Both the position numbers and the translations under genes were made by a program. A stretch of 32,000 bases of DNA from a cyanobacterium endosymbiont of Braarudosphaera bigelowii. Its GTDB lineage: Bacteria > Cyanobacteriota > Cyanobacteriia > Cyanobacteriales > Microcystaceae. The DNA is taken from positions 540,001 to 572,000 of the forward strand of contig NZ_AP024987.1 of the NCBI RefSeq assembly GCF_020885515.1. The letters are read 5' to 3'. The notes under the pieces are model-generated. The model had not been told where the DNA came from and made no database searches. It saw only the letters and a program-made list of their open reading frames with translations. Below are positions 1-9,585 of this stretch, one piece after another; the stretch's first letter is position 1, and the number at the start of each line of letters is the position of its first letter.

Positions 1-1089
1 GCCAATAAAGAAGATTTAAAACAAGCTTATCGACGTCTTGCTCGAAAATATCATCCTGATGTCAATAAAGAGGCAGGAGCTGAAGAACGATTCAAAGAGA
101 TTAACCGCGCATACGAGGTATTATCTGAACCTGATACACGAAACCGTTATGATCAGTTTGGGGAAGCTGGAGTTAATGGTGCAAGTGGTTTTAATCAAGG
201 TGATATGGGAGATATGGGTGGCTTTGCCGATATCTTTGAAACTATTTTCAGCGGATTTGGAGGTGGAACTAGTACAACAGGGACACGTCGTCGTAATGAG
301 CCAGCGAAAGGAGACGATTTACGTCTTGATCTCAAATTAAACTTTCGTGAAGCAATATTTGGAGGAGAAAAAGAAATTCGTATTCCCCACCTTGAAACAT
401 GTACGATATGTCAAGGTAGTGGTGCCAAACCAGGAACAAAAAGAAAAACCTGTCCAACTTGTGATGGTCAAGGGCAAGTACGTCGCTCAACCCGTACTCC
501 ATTTGGAAGTTTTGCTCAAGTCTCCACCTGTCCAACCTGTAACGGTGAAGGAGAAATTATTGAAGAAAAATGTGAGGTCTGTGGTGGTGCTGGACGTAGA
601 CAAGTGACTGAAAAAGTAAAAATCACGATCCCAGCTGGAGTAGGAGATGGAACCCGTCTCAGAGTATCGCGTAAAGGAGATGCTGGATTAAGAGGAGGGG
701 TAGCAGGAGATCTTTACGTATACTTATACGTTGAACCTGACAAAGTTTTTACTCGAGAAAAGATGAATATCCTTTCAGAGATTAAGGTTAGTTATCTGCA
801 AGCCATTCTCGGATGCACTGTCTCAATTGATACAGTAGATGGGAAAAAAGACTTGCCCATTCCCCCTGGTACACAGCCTAAAACAGTCTTAACTCTAGAT
901 AGTTTGGGTGTTCCTAAATTAGGAAATGATGCCATTCGTGGTGATCACTTGATTACAGTTAATGTAGATATTCCTACTAGAATTAATTCTGAAGAAAGAG
1001 AGCTTTTAGAAAAGCTGGCTGTAATTAAAGGTCAGACTCATGGCAAAGGTGGAATAGAAGGATTTTTAGGGAGTTTGTTTAACAAATGA
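1..1089 (+). CDS. dnaJ: Chaperone DnaJ, 5'-truncated by the window edge
   Basis: Frame 1 is open from base 1. It reads a J-domain ([23 protein letters not shown]...[14 protein letters not shown]), with the HPD motif, continuous with the 205..1089 ORF. A G/F-rich linker and four CxxCxGxG zinc-finger repeats follow ([32 protein letters not shown]). Confidence 0.95.
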   Translation, partial: ANKEDLKQAYRRLARKYHPDVNKEAGAEERFKEINRAYEVLSEPDTRNRYDQFGEAGVNGASGFNQGDMGDMGGFADIFETIFSGFGGGTSTTGTRRRNEPAKGDDLRLDLKLNFREAIFGGEKEIRIPHLETCTICQGSGAKPGTKRKTCPTCDGQGQVRRSTRTPFGSFAQVSTCPTCNGEGEIIEEKCEVCGGAGRRQVTEKVKITIPAGVGDGTRLRVSRKGDAGLRGGVAGDLYVYLYVEPDKVFTREKMNILSEIKVSYLQAILGCTVSIDTVDGKKDLPIPPGTQPKTVLTLDSLGVPKLGNDAIRGDHLITVNVDIPTRINSEERELLEKLAVIKGQTHGKGGIEGFLGSLFNK

Positions 1090-1325
1090 ACTCTTTAAGC
1101 TCAGATGCACTTCTTTTAGATTTGCGCGGAGTCTCTTGTCCTCTAAACTTTATTCGCATTAAATTAAAGTTAGAGAATATTCTTTCTGGATCTATTTTAG
1201 AAGTTTGGTTAGATCCTGGTGAGCCGATGGAACAAGTTCCTGAAAGTTTAACAATGGAAGGTTACCAAATAGAATCCATAAGCGATCATCACGAATTTTT
1301 TTCTATTAAAATTCGTTGTTCTTAA
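1086..1325 (+). CDS. Small TusA/SirA-like sulfur-carrier family protein
   Basis: 79 aa. The N-terminal [12 protein letters not shown] matches the conserved Cys-Pro motif region of the TusA/SirA fold. The start overlaps the dnaJ stop by 4 nt (ATGA), suggesting translational coupling. Confidence 0.7.
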   Translation: MNSLSSDALLLDLRGVSCPLNFIRIKLKLENILSGSILEVWLDPGEPMEQVPESLTMEGYQIESISDHHEFFSIKIRCS

Positions 1326-1386
1326 TAGAAAAAGATGGGAATCTACTAATATAAGTAATTACTTTCATTGTATTTTATTATGAATT

Positions 1387-2505
1387 TTGTTTATTGTGTA
1401 TGATATAAACTCAACACATGATTGTTTGCCTACCACTGTTCCAAATAATTTTGGAACAGTGGTAGCGATCCAGGCTAATTTTTATCGAGTTCATCTAGAT
1501 AAAAATTATGGAGATGAGAATTCTTACTCTATTCCATACTTACTTTGTACTCGGCGTAGTCGTCTTAAAAAGATTGGACAAAACGTCATGGTAGGAGATC
1601 GTGTAACAATAGTAAAATCTAATCATGAAGATTCTCGAGGATCAATTGTTTCTATCTTACCTCGCAAAACAGAATTATCTCGTCCTCAAGTAGCTAACGC
1701 AGATCAAATACTTTTACTTTTCCCTTTTAAAGAACCTGAGTTAGAACCTTGGCAATTGAGCCGCTTTCTTGTCAAAGCAGAATCAACATTAATTCCATTG
1801 GTCTTGTGTTTTAATAAAGTCGACTTACTTGAAACTGAAGAGCAGACAAGATGGAAAATGAGACTAGATGAGTGGGGATATAGTCCACTTTTAATAAGTA
1901 CTTTTACTATTCAAGGATTTCAACAACTCTCCGATTGTCTACAAAATAAATTTACAATTTTAGCTGGTCCATCTGGGGCTGGCAAATCTAGCTTAATTAA
2001 TAAATTAGTTCCTAATATCGAACAAAGAGTTAATGAGGTTTCAGGTAAATTACGTAAAGGACGTCATACTACTCGTCATGTTGAACTTTTCAGGTTACCT
2101 GGAGGAGGATTAATAGCTGATACTCCTGGTTTTAATCAAGCTGATTTACAATGTGATCCTTATAAATTAATTAATTATTTTCCTGAGGCAAAAGCTCAAC
2201 TAAAACAAGGTAAATGTCAATTTAATAATTGTCTGCATAAAAGTGAACCAAACTGTATTGTCAGTAAAAATTGGGAGAGATATAGACACTATTTAACTAT
2301 ATTAGCAGAAATACTTTTGCAAAAAGAAGTAGACCAAAAAATAAAGGTTCAGGAATCAACATTAAAACTCAAGATTAAAGCTTTTGGAAAAGAATGTTAT
2401 GAGCCAAAATTAGAAATTAAGAAATATCGACGTCATTCTAGAAAAGACAGAAAACAAAACTTACAAGAATTATATGAAAACGAAAACTTAGAAGACTTAG
2501 AATGA
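1387..2505 (+). CDS. rsgA: Ribosome small-subunit-dependent GTPase A (RsgA/YjeQ)
   Basis: It has an N-terminal OB-like region (GTVVAIQANFYRV) and a circularly permuted GTPase (NKVDLL ... GPSGAGKSSLINKL ... DTPGF). It also has a C-terminal Zn-knuckle (CQFNNCLHKSEPNC). The start must be non-ATG (TTG 1387, GTG 1396 or TTG 1426) because the first in-frame ATG lies inside the conserved core. Confidence 0.85.
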   Translation: MFIVYDINSTHDCLPTTVPNNFGTVVAIQANFYRVHLDKNYGDENSYSIPYLLCTRRSRLKKIGQNVMVGDRVTIVKSNHEDSRGSIVSILPRKTELSRPQVANADQILLLFPFKEPELEPWQLSRFLVKAESTLIPLVLCFNKVDLLETEEQTRWKMRLDEWGYSPLLISTFTIQGFQQLSDCLQNKFTILAGPSGAGKSSLINKLVPNIEQRVNEVSGKLRKGRHTTRHVELFRLPGGGLIADTPGFNQADLQCDPYKLINYFPEAKAQLKQGKCQFNNCLHKSEPNCIVSKNWERYRHYLTILAEILLQKEVDQKIKVQESTLKLKIKAFGKECYEPKLEIKKYRRHSRKDRKQNLQELYENENLEDLE

Positions 2506-2678
2506 TAACAAAATATTAACGCTCTAATAGTTGTGTTGAATAGGTTACTAATTTTTCTTCGAAAAACATTTATTTAAGAAGGGAAGTTACTAGTTCGAAA
2601 CCAATTTTCTGCAATCATGATTTTATTTTTTTTGTTAAAAATTTGCTGATTAACTTTAAAATAAAAGTAGATACATAT

Positions 2679-2981
2679 TCAGATTCTATTTCTATTATTT
2701 TTCAATTCTAATAAGCTCACTGTTCCTACTAAAAAAGCATAAATTCCATACCTGATATAATTTTCATTTCTTAACTGCATATAGTAAACCATTATTAAAG
2801 ATTCAATTAAATGAATTATAAGTGCAAATCGGCCTATCCAAAATAACAATTTTAAATAATGAGGAAGTTCATAATTATTAATTAAAACATACATACTATA
2901 CAATTCAGCTGTAATAGCACTACTAACTAAAATTATAGACATTATTTTAGTCAAAAGAATAATCAATTTATATAATCTCAT
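2679..2981 (-). CDS. Hypothetical small integral membrane protein
   Basis: A 100-codon ORF in very AT-rich DNA, where stop codons are frequent. It has about three hydrophobic helices. I recognise no family, and the start may be the internal Met (MSIILV...). Confidence 0.45.
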   Translation of the reverse strand: MRLYKLIILLTKIMSIILVSSAITAELYSMYVLINNYELPHYLKLLFWIGRFALIIHLIESLIMVYYMQLRNENYIRYGIYAFLVGTVSLLELKNNRNRI

Positions 2982-3257
2982 ATCAAAAAATTTCTCTGTA
3001 AGTTTAATTAGAATTAATATTAGAAAGTAAAATTACTAATTTTGATAGAAACTTTTAACAAATTTCTTTAAGTATTCTCAACATAAAACTTATATAGGTA
3101 AATGACTATTTAAAATAGAATTTATTTTAATAAATATAGTTAGTTAAAAATTTTGAGAATTTTTTAAAAAATATAAAATATATACAAAAACAATATAACT
3201 TATAATGCATAGTGTTAAGATCATACATTATTTGAGATATGTTTTTATTACATTAGT

Positions 3258-5396
3258 ATGATCTTTTTATTAGAAATTGGTACAGAAGAATTACCTACAA
3301 GTTTTATTAGCCGTGCTATTGATCAATGGAAACAAATAATTCCTACTAGCTTAGAAAAAAATTTTTTGACTTCAGAATCTATTTCTGTCTATGGAACACC
3401 AAGACGGCTAGCTGTTATTATTCCTGGACTATTAGAAAAACAGAAAGAACGCAACGAACTAATAAAAGGTCCTAATGTTAAAGCAGCATTTAAAGAAGGA
3501 AAACCAACTGCAGCCTTAGAAGGATTTGCACGAAAACAAAATGTTGAAATTAATAGCTTAGAAATTCGTCCTACTAAAAAAGGGGACTGTGTATTTATTG
3601 ATAAAAAGATTCAAGGTATTGAAACAATTGAGATTTTACCAAAATTAATTCATAGTTGGATTAGTACTTTAGAAGGCAAACGGTTTATGAGATGGGGAAA
3701 TGGTAATTTTAAATTTTCTCGTCCAATTCGATGGATAGTATCTCTATGTGATTCTAAAGTATTACCTATAAAAATTGAAAATGGAGATACTATAATCGAT
3801 AGTAATTCTTTTTCATATGGACATAGAATTTTAAAACCTGGTCCTATCAATATTCCACATGCTGCTTCTTATCTAGATATATTAAGATCTGCTTATGTTG
3901 AAGTAGATCCTATTAAACGTCATAACACTATTGAAAATAATATTAAAACAATAGCTAAAAATTTAAAAGGAGCTATCGATAATTCTCAAGAATTATTAAC
4001 AGAAGTTGTAAATTTAGTGGAATATCCTACAGCAATTATAGGATATTTTGACCAAGAATTTTTAGGACTCCCTGATGAAGTCATAACAACTGTAATGATT
4101 AAGCACCAAAGGTATTTTCCAATTAAGCAAATATCTAATAATCAGCTTTTACCGCAATTTATTAGTATCTCTAATGGTGACCCTAACAAAAGTACAACAA
4201 TTATCCGAGGAAATGAAAAAGTATTAAAAGCCAGGCTATCAGATGCTCAATTCTTTTATGTATCTGATTGTAATCAGCCTTTACATAGCTATCTTCCTCA
4301 ATTACAGAATGTTATTTTTCAGAAAGAATTAGGAAGTATAAGAGATAAAGTGGATCGGATCATAAGTATTGCTGAACAAATATCTGAGCAATTGCAATTT
4401 ACGCCACAACAGATAAAAGAGGTTATAAGAACATCCCTTTTGTGTAAAGCTGATCTTGTAACCCAAATGGTATACGAATTTCCAGAACTACAAGGAATTA
4501 TGGGTCAAAAGTATGCTTTAGTCAATGGAGAGTCAGAAATTGTTGCCCAGGGAATCTTTGATCATTACTTACCACGTGGGCATAATGATCAAATGCCAAA
4601 ATCTTTAACAGGTATTGTTGTTGGAATTGCTGATCGTTTGGATACCTTAATTGGAATTTTCGGATTAGGAATGATTCCAACAGGATCATCTGATCCTTTC
4701 GGTTTAAGAAGAGCAGCAAATGCTATTATTTCTATAATATGGGAATCTCAAAGATCTATAGATTTATCTGATCTAATATTTAAAGGGTGCGATTCATTTA
4801 TTCTAAATAATTCTGACAAAGAATCTCCTCTAAAATCATTAAAACATTTTTTTGTTCAACGCATTCAATCTCTACTACAAGATGAGCTAAAAATTGATTA
4901 TGATTTAGTAAAAGCAGTACTGGGTGATATGGATTCTGAATATATTGAACGTGCTTTTCAAGATGTTACAGATTTAAAAAGACGTGCTCAATTTTTACAA
5001 AATATACGTGACAATGGAACCCTAAAAAAAGTATATCAGACCATTAATCGCTCAACTCGTTTGGCAAAACAAGGTAGTCTTGAATATACAGAGCTTAGTC
5101 CTTATACAATAATTAATAATGACTTATTTAAAAAATCATCTGAACAAGAATTATATGATGGTTTAGTAGACTTAGTATCTACAGTAAATACTATTAAAGC
5201 CAAGAAGGATTATGAGCTATTAATTGAAGGTTTAATCAAAATTACTCCGATAGTGGATGAATTTTTTGACGGGGAAAATAGTGTTTTGGTGATGGATGAA
5301 AATCAAAAAATTAAACAAAATCGTTTAAACTTATTAGGAATTCTACGTAATTATGGAAGAATATTGGCTGACTTTGGTGCAATTGTTAAAAGTTAA
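3258..5396 (+). CDS. glyS: Glycine--tRNA ligase beta subunit
   Basis: 712 aa. It has the typical N-terminus MIFLLEIGTEELP plus GTPRRLAV, HQRYFP and a C-terminal anticodon-binding-like region. glyQ is not adjacent. Confidence 0.95.
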   Translation: MIFLLEIGTEELPTSFISRAIDQWKQIIPTSLEKNFLTSESISVYGTPRRLAVIIPGLLEKQKERNELIKGPNVKAAFKEGKPTAALEGFARKQNVEINSLEIRPTKKGDCVFIDKKIQGIETIEILPKLIHSWISTLEGKRFMRWGNGNFKFSRPIRWIVSLCDSKVLPIKIENGDTIIDSNSFSYGHRILKPGPINIPHAASYLDILRSAYVEVDPIKRHNTIENNIKTIAKNLKGAIDNSQELLTEVVNLVEYPTAIIGYFDQEFLGLPDEVITTVMIKHQRYFPIKQISNNQLLPQFISISNGDPNKSTTIIRGNEKVLKARLSDAQFFYVSDCNQPLHSYLPQLQNVIFQKELGSIRDKVDRIISIAEQISEQLQFTPQQIKEVIRTSLLCKADLVTQMVYEFPELQGIMGQKYALVNGESEIVAQGIFDHYLPRGHNDQMPKSLTGIVVGIADRLDTLIGIFGLGMIPTGSSDPFGLRRAANAIISIIWESQRSIDLSDLIFKGCDSFILNNSDKESPLKSLKHFFVQRIQSLLQDELKIDYDLVKAVLGDMDSEYIERAFQDVTDLKRRAQFLQNIRDNGTLKKVYQTINRSTRLAKQGSLEYTELSPYTIINNDLFKKSSEQELYDGLVDLVSTVNTIKAKKDYELLIEGLIKITPIVDEFFDGENSVLVMDENQKIKQNRLNLLGILRNYGRILADFGAIVKS

Positions 5397-5459
5397 CATA
5401 ATTCAAAATTATAAGTATATATATGCTAGTTATATATAGCGATATCTCCTAAACAATAG

Positions 5460-5520
5460 AAGAACCATAACATTATTAAGAATCTATGATTCTTGATAAT
5501 GTTATGGTTCTTACCTTTTT
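5460..5520 (+). terminator. Long-stem intrinsic terminator candidate downstream of glyS
   Basis: 25-nt arms at 5460-5484 and 5488-5512 (aagaaccataacattattaagaatc / gattcttgataatgttatggttctt). There is one mismatch and a 3-nt loop (tat). The sequence accttttt follows. Confidence 0.6.
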
Positions 5521-5631
5521 ATTAAACTCTTGTCTAAAATTAGTATTTAGTTCAGTATTTTATATATGGAAATAGAAACTATAGAATAAAGGTATCCCAA
5601 TTAAATTATTCTAATAATAACTTTTAATATT

Positions 5632-6087
5632 CTAGGCTAAATCTTCATCAAAAAATATAGATTCTTCCTGTTCTACAATACACCAATCTTCATTTTCTCC
5701 TCCAATAATCAACTGTTTAATTTTAACTAATTCTTTATCTAATTGATTTAAAGAATTTATCAAAATGTCTAATGCAAACAAATCACTAGTACCTAAATCA
5801 AGCCAACAACGTCCCCATAAATTTTGATATTCAAAATCTCCCATATTGTGCATGAGAGCCATCATGCTGTTATCAAGAATATCTATATTATAATTGATAT
5901 AACTAATGTCAACTCCAGCGTCTTGTACTTGTAAATTTTCGGCGTTAAATGCACCTAATTTACCTAAATAGAACCAAGAATTAAACACTTCTTCGATATA
6001 TTTTTTCTCTGAAGAAGACGGAACTGTTTCAAATTCTAACCATATCCATAGGTCAAAAGGATTAAATTCTCGAAATCTGATTTCCAT
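5632..6087 (-). CDS. Conserved protein of unknown function (resembles the DUF3531 family, from memory)
   Basis: 151 aa, soluble. The motifs FREFNPFDLWIWLEF and WFYLGKLGAFNAENLQVQ match my recollection of a family restricted to cyanobacteria and plants. Not verified by search. Confidence 0.65.
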   Translation of the reverse strand: MEIRFREFNPFDLWIWLEFETVPSSSEKKYIEEVFNSWFYLGKLGAFNAENLQVQDAGVDISYINYNIDILDNSMMALMHNMGDFEYQNLWGRCWLDLGTSDLFALDILINSLNQLDKELVKIKQLIIGGENEDWCIVEQEESIFFDEDLA

Positions 6088-6195
6088 AAAATAATAAAAA
6101 GTTAACTAAAAGATCATGTTGTAAAAAATTTTGACTAATTTCTATAAAATTTTAAAAATTGAATTAGCAGATATATAAACTGTGACAAAAATTAA

Positions 6196-7251
6196 TTAGT
6201 TTTCAGTCAGTAAAGATAAAGGAGACAAATTAGGACTAAGAGTGTTTATATCGATACCAGTTTTATGAGCTATCAAAACACCTAGTGCTTCTAAATATGA
6301 ACTTACTGTAATAGTTTTTAGACCTAATGATTCAGATGGAACATCAATAGTTGTCTTATTTTCTGTCACTGCTATTATAAGTGAATCTCTTTGACTAAAA
6401 CTAAAAATAGATGAGCCCCCACAAGCAGTTGCTGGTACTACTAAAGCATCGATATCATCAGCCCAAATACTATGAAAACGTTGTTTAGTAATAAATTGTG
6501 GAGCACGACTTAATCCAACTAAGACAGAAGATAAAAACGTATAGCCTAATTCTTCTGCTGCTGAACGAGGAGAAACAGTATCATCTAATGGCAAAGGATG
6601 TAAAGCAGGAGCATGAGCAGCTGGTATACAAAATTGACTAACTATTAAGTGTGAAATGATTGATTCAGCGCCTGCTATAGGATCAACACCATTGCCGGAA
6701 CGATAATTACTAATTAATGTTTCATCTATTGTGTCAGGAAAACGAGATACTATAGCGATCGCTTCAGCCCCATTCTTATCAATCAATTTTTCAGCAGCTC
6801 TTAGTAAACTACCTGGATTATTAATTGTCCCCCAGCTTGTTCCTGAGTTAGCGATGCGGGTTTCTACACCCAGTGGAGCATCTGTAATCATATAGTCAGT
6901 TAATCTTAATCCAAGAGTCCCCCTTGCTGCATTCGCAGCTTGTATATGTCTAGACATTAGTTCTGATTCAATTCCTTGATCAAGAATTAATCCGACTTTA
7001 TTTGAAAGTACTGGATTCAATCCCCAATTACCACAAGCAAAATTATCTAAACCATAGCCTTCAACATAAAGAATATTGCTAGAAGGCCAGTATAATTGTG
7101 CTCCGTTTAAAACATTGGGGTGAGTAATTAAATAATCACATACTTTTGCCATAGCCCTAGCTAAAGGCAAGGCATCTCCAGCATAACCACCAATAGATGC
7201 TCCAATACCTGTAGGAACAATTAAAACAGCACTATAAGGACGACTAATCAC
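6196..7251 (-). CDS. Conserved protein of unknown function (resembles the DUF3326 family, from memory)
   Basis: 351 aa. The glycine-rich N-terminal motif is VPTGIGASIGGYAGDALPLARAMA...THPNVLNGA. The locus is relatively GC-rich, implying strong constraint. It contains the only HIP1 octamer in the window. Confidence 0.7.
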   Translation of the reverse strand: MISRPYSAVLIVPTGIGASIGGYAGDALPLARAMAKVCDYLITHPNVLNGAQLYWPSSNILYVEGYGLDNFACGNWGLNPVLSNKVGLILDQGIESELMSRHIQAANAARGTLGLRLTDYMITDAPLGVETRIANSGTSWGTINNPGSLLRAAEKLIDKNGAEAIAIVSRFPDTIDETLISNYRSGNGVDPIAGAESIISHLIVSQFCIPAAHAPALHPLPLDDTVSPRSAAEELGYTFLSSVLVGLSRAPQFITKQRFHSIWADDIDALVVPATACGGSSIFSFSQRDSLIIAVTENKTTIDVPSESLGLKTITVSSYLEALGVLIAHKTGIDINTLSPNLSPLSLLTEN

Positions 7252-7325
7252 AAATTTGTTATAAGATAATAATTAATATTTTGAGTATAATTAAATTACA
7301 AAATTTAGAACAATTTCATATGTAA

Positions 7326-7505
7326 CTACAAACAGTCTTTAATAATAACAGCTTCTAGTTGAGCAGTTTTCTTTTGAATATTTACTTTTGTAATTGCCCA
7401 ACGTAAAGGTTTTCCATATTTTAATAATTCTATTTCTATATTTTTTTGGAAGGTCTTTATGTTTTTTGGTATTTTAATTGTTATCTCAATAAAGTCAGTT
7501 ACCAT
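7326..7505 (-). CDS. Candidate small protein (59 aa), absent from the supplied ORF track
   Basis: My manual translation of the minus strand gives MVTDFIEITIKIPKNIKTFQKNIEIELLKYGKPLRWAITKVNIQKKTAQLEAVIIKDCL. It runs from ATG 7505 to TAG 7326-7328 in an otherwise ORF-free 482-bp spacer. The composition looks protein-like (G, P, R, W core). An ORF of this length can arise by chance in this window. Confidence 0.4.
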   Translation of the reverse strand: MVTDFIEITIKIPKNIKTFQKNIEIELLKYGKPLRWAITKVNIQKKTAQLEAVIIKDCL

Positions 7506-7647
7506 TAATTTATATATGTGCTTTGTATAAAAATATACTATGTTGTTTATAGATTAGACATTTTACCATTAGCTCTAGCTAAGTGATTAAGCGTCAGATC
7601 ATATTTTAGATTAGATTTTTGTATTTAATCTTAGTCTAGATTCAATC

Positions 7648-7716
7648 AAATACCTATACCAATAGATATAGGTATTTAATCTTAAAACAGCTTTGTAATG
7701 AAATATTATACAAAGT
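7648..7716 (-). terminator. Two weak hairpins downstream of hup (candidate terminator region)
   Basis: On the minus-strand RNA, a 7-bp stem (ctttgta/tacaaag, 7691-7715) is followed by cuguuuuaag. An 11-bp stem follows (aaatacctata/tataggtattt, 7648-7677). Both are AT-rich, so stability is modest. Confidence 0.3.
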
Positions 7717-7733
7717 CTGTGTAAGACATTGAG

Positions 7734-8015
7734 CTACATAGATTCTACAACTTTTTCTTTAAAAACCTTTCCAGCAGAAAATGCTGGAACTGTAGTTGCA
7801 GGAATGGTAATTGGTTGTCCTGTTTGAGGATTCATACCTTTTCGCTCCTTTCTGTCTCTTGGCTCAAATGTTCCAAATCCTACCAAAACTACCTTGTTCC
7901 CAGAAGCAACTGTTTCCATAATTGTATTCGTTAGTGCATCCAGGATTTGACTCGTTTCTTTCTTAGTAAGACGAGTCTTTGCAGCAATAGTGTTAACGAG
8001 GTCTTCTTTATTCAT
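7734..8015 (-). CDS. hup: Nucleoid-associated DNA-binding protein HU
   Basis: 93 aa. It has the canonical HU/IHF fold signature GFGTFEPRDRKERKGMNPQTGQPITIPATTVPAFSAGK. Confidence 0.92.
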   Translation of the reverse strand: MNKEDLVNTIAAKTRLTKKETSQILDALTNTIMETVASGNKVVLVGFGTFEPRDRKERKGMNPQTGQPITIPATTVPAFSAGKVFKEKVVESM

Positions 8016-8047
8016 TGTTAGTTGATAGAAAACTGTGACTGAGGCTG

Positions 8048-8053
8048 ATTATA
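8048..8053 (-). promoter_or_regulatory. Candidate -10 hexamer (TATAAT) for hup
   Basis: A minus-strand TATAAT lies 32 nt upstream of the hup ATG. There is no good -35. TATAAT-like hexamers are common by chance in DNA this AT-rich. Confidence 0.25.
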
Positions 8054-8377
8054 GCGGAAAATAATTTTTAGATCATCAAATAAGAAATAAGAACTATTAT
8101 TTTTCCATATAATAATCTTTTTTCTCTACTATTTTTTGTCTAATTTAGTAACTTAAAGAAATTGCTTTATTAAAAAAAATATTATTTTTTCAATATGTTT
8201 TTTTAGTTACAGTTTCCTAATAAGATGTCTTTATAGAATCCCTAATTACTTAACTAAAATCTAAAACATAATCAATCTAAGCAGTAAATATATTCTTAGC
8301 AGAAGAAAAATTTAAACAATATTAATACTTAAACTTATATTTAGAGATATATTTTAAATATTTTCTTCAGGTTTAAG

Positions 8378-9193
8378 TTAACGGTGTATAAAAACTCCTA
8401 ATCCTATTAAGATTATTCCCCATAGTTTTTGTCTCTGAATATCTTCTTTTAATATCAGTTTAGCTCCTAGCATACTTATGATATAAGTTAGTGCAGTTGC
8501 TGGACGAGCAAAACTAATGTCTGTCCAACTTAGAACAGAAATAAAACTAAAAAATGCAATGCCTTGACATGCGATACCACTAATAATTAAAGGACTTGTT
8601 ATTATTTTAATAATCATTTTTTTAACTTCTGATAAAGTTACTTTCTCTATTTCTCCTATTTTTTTCATACCAACTGCTAGTAACAAATCTCCACTAGCAT
8701 CAGATACAGAACTAATCATGATTGCTAACCAAGTTTTTGATATGGTCAAACTAAATGGTAGAAAAAATAAGGGTAAATTTCTGGATTTAAGATTATTGTG
8801 TTGAACTGAATTAGCCGTTTTACTATCACTTAGTCCTACACATAGTGCACCACAAGAAATGACAAAAGTACTTAACCATCTCATACTTGTAACATCTTCT
8901 CCCAAGAAGGCCCAAGCAAAAATACCATTTAGAACATAACTAGAGGCATGAATAGGTAGAACATAACTGAGATCTAATTTTGATATTGCTGTCAAGTAAA
9001 GACTTAAAGAAATTATCAATATTCCTAAACCTGATAAAATCCAATAATTGGTTAAGACATAAGTAATTAAATATAGAATAATTGTTGGATTAGAAGAATC
9101 AAAGCCAACGAAGTCTTTCATGCCTCGACTTAAGAAAATATCGCCTAATACTTGAGTAATTGATAAAGATGCTAATAATAAAAAGATTTTCAC
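8378..9193 (-). CDS. Polytopic membrane protein, EamA/DMT-type permease-like
   Basis: 271 aa and almost entirely hydrophobic helices. It has two-repeat architecture typical of drug/metabolite transporter superfamily proteins. The substrate is unknown. Confidence 0.55.
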   Translation of the reverse strand: MKIFLLLASLSITQVLGDIFLSRGMKDFVGFDSSNPTIILYLITYVLTNYWILSGLGILIISLSLYLTAISKLDLSYVLPIHASSYVLNGIFAWAFLGEDVTSMRWLSTFVISCGALCVGLSDSKTANSVQHNNLKSRNLPLFFLPFSLTISKTWLAIMISSVSDASGDLLLAVGMKKIGEIEKVTLSEVKKMIIKIITSPLIISGIACQGIAFFSFISVLSWTDISFARPATALTYIISMLGAKLILKEDIQRQKLWGIILIGLGVFIHR

Positions 9194-9585
9194 AGTGTCT
9201 AATGATTGATCACTAATTTTTAACTGCTTTGTCTAATTCTCGTCTGATTCTCTATTAAGTTCATATTAATTTTTTATTAAACTTTCTCATCAAAATTATT
9301 ATCTTGATATTAGAGACGGAAAGATCAAAGCTTAATTTTTTTTACAAATAGAGATATTGAGATAGAAAAATGAATTAGAACTAACAGCTATTTATATATT
9401 TAAATGGTTACATTTAGACGTTCTATAGGATATTTTGTAAAGTTCAAAATTCAAACAGAGGAACTAAATTAACTTCAATAAGTCTTCACCATGAATGAAA
9501 AAATTCTCATATTAAAACAAAAATATTTTATATAAAAAGCTAAGATTATGTTCTTTTGTAATTTCAGCTATCTTAAAAGTGTCAT

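Noticed and set aside
38-607. Track ORFs 38..340(+), 332..535(-) and 347..607(+)
   Set aside because: They overlap the strongly supported dnaJ frame. Their products are low-complexity or shadow-frame sequences with no recognisable motifs.
2592-2602. tRNA T-loop-like motif agttcgaaacc
   Set aside because: The flanks cannot form a T-stem (actag vs ccaat) or an acceptor stem, so there is no cloverleaf. I found no tRNA anywhere in the window.
3650-4719. Antisense ORFs 3650..3850 and 4522..4719 inside glyS
   Set aside because: They are shadow ORFs opposite a well-supported 712-aa gene, with no independent signal.
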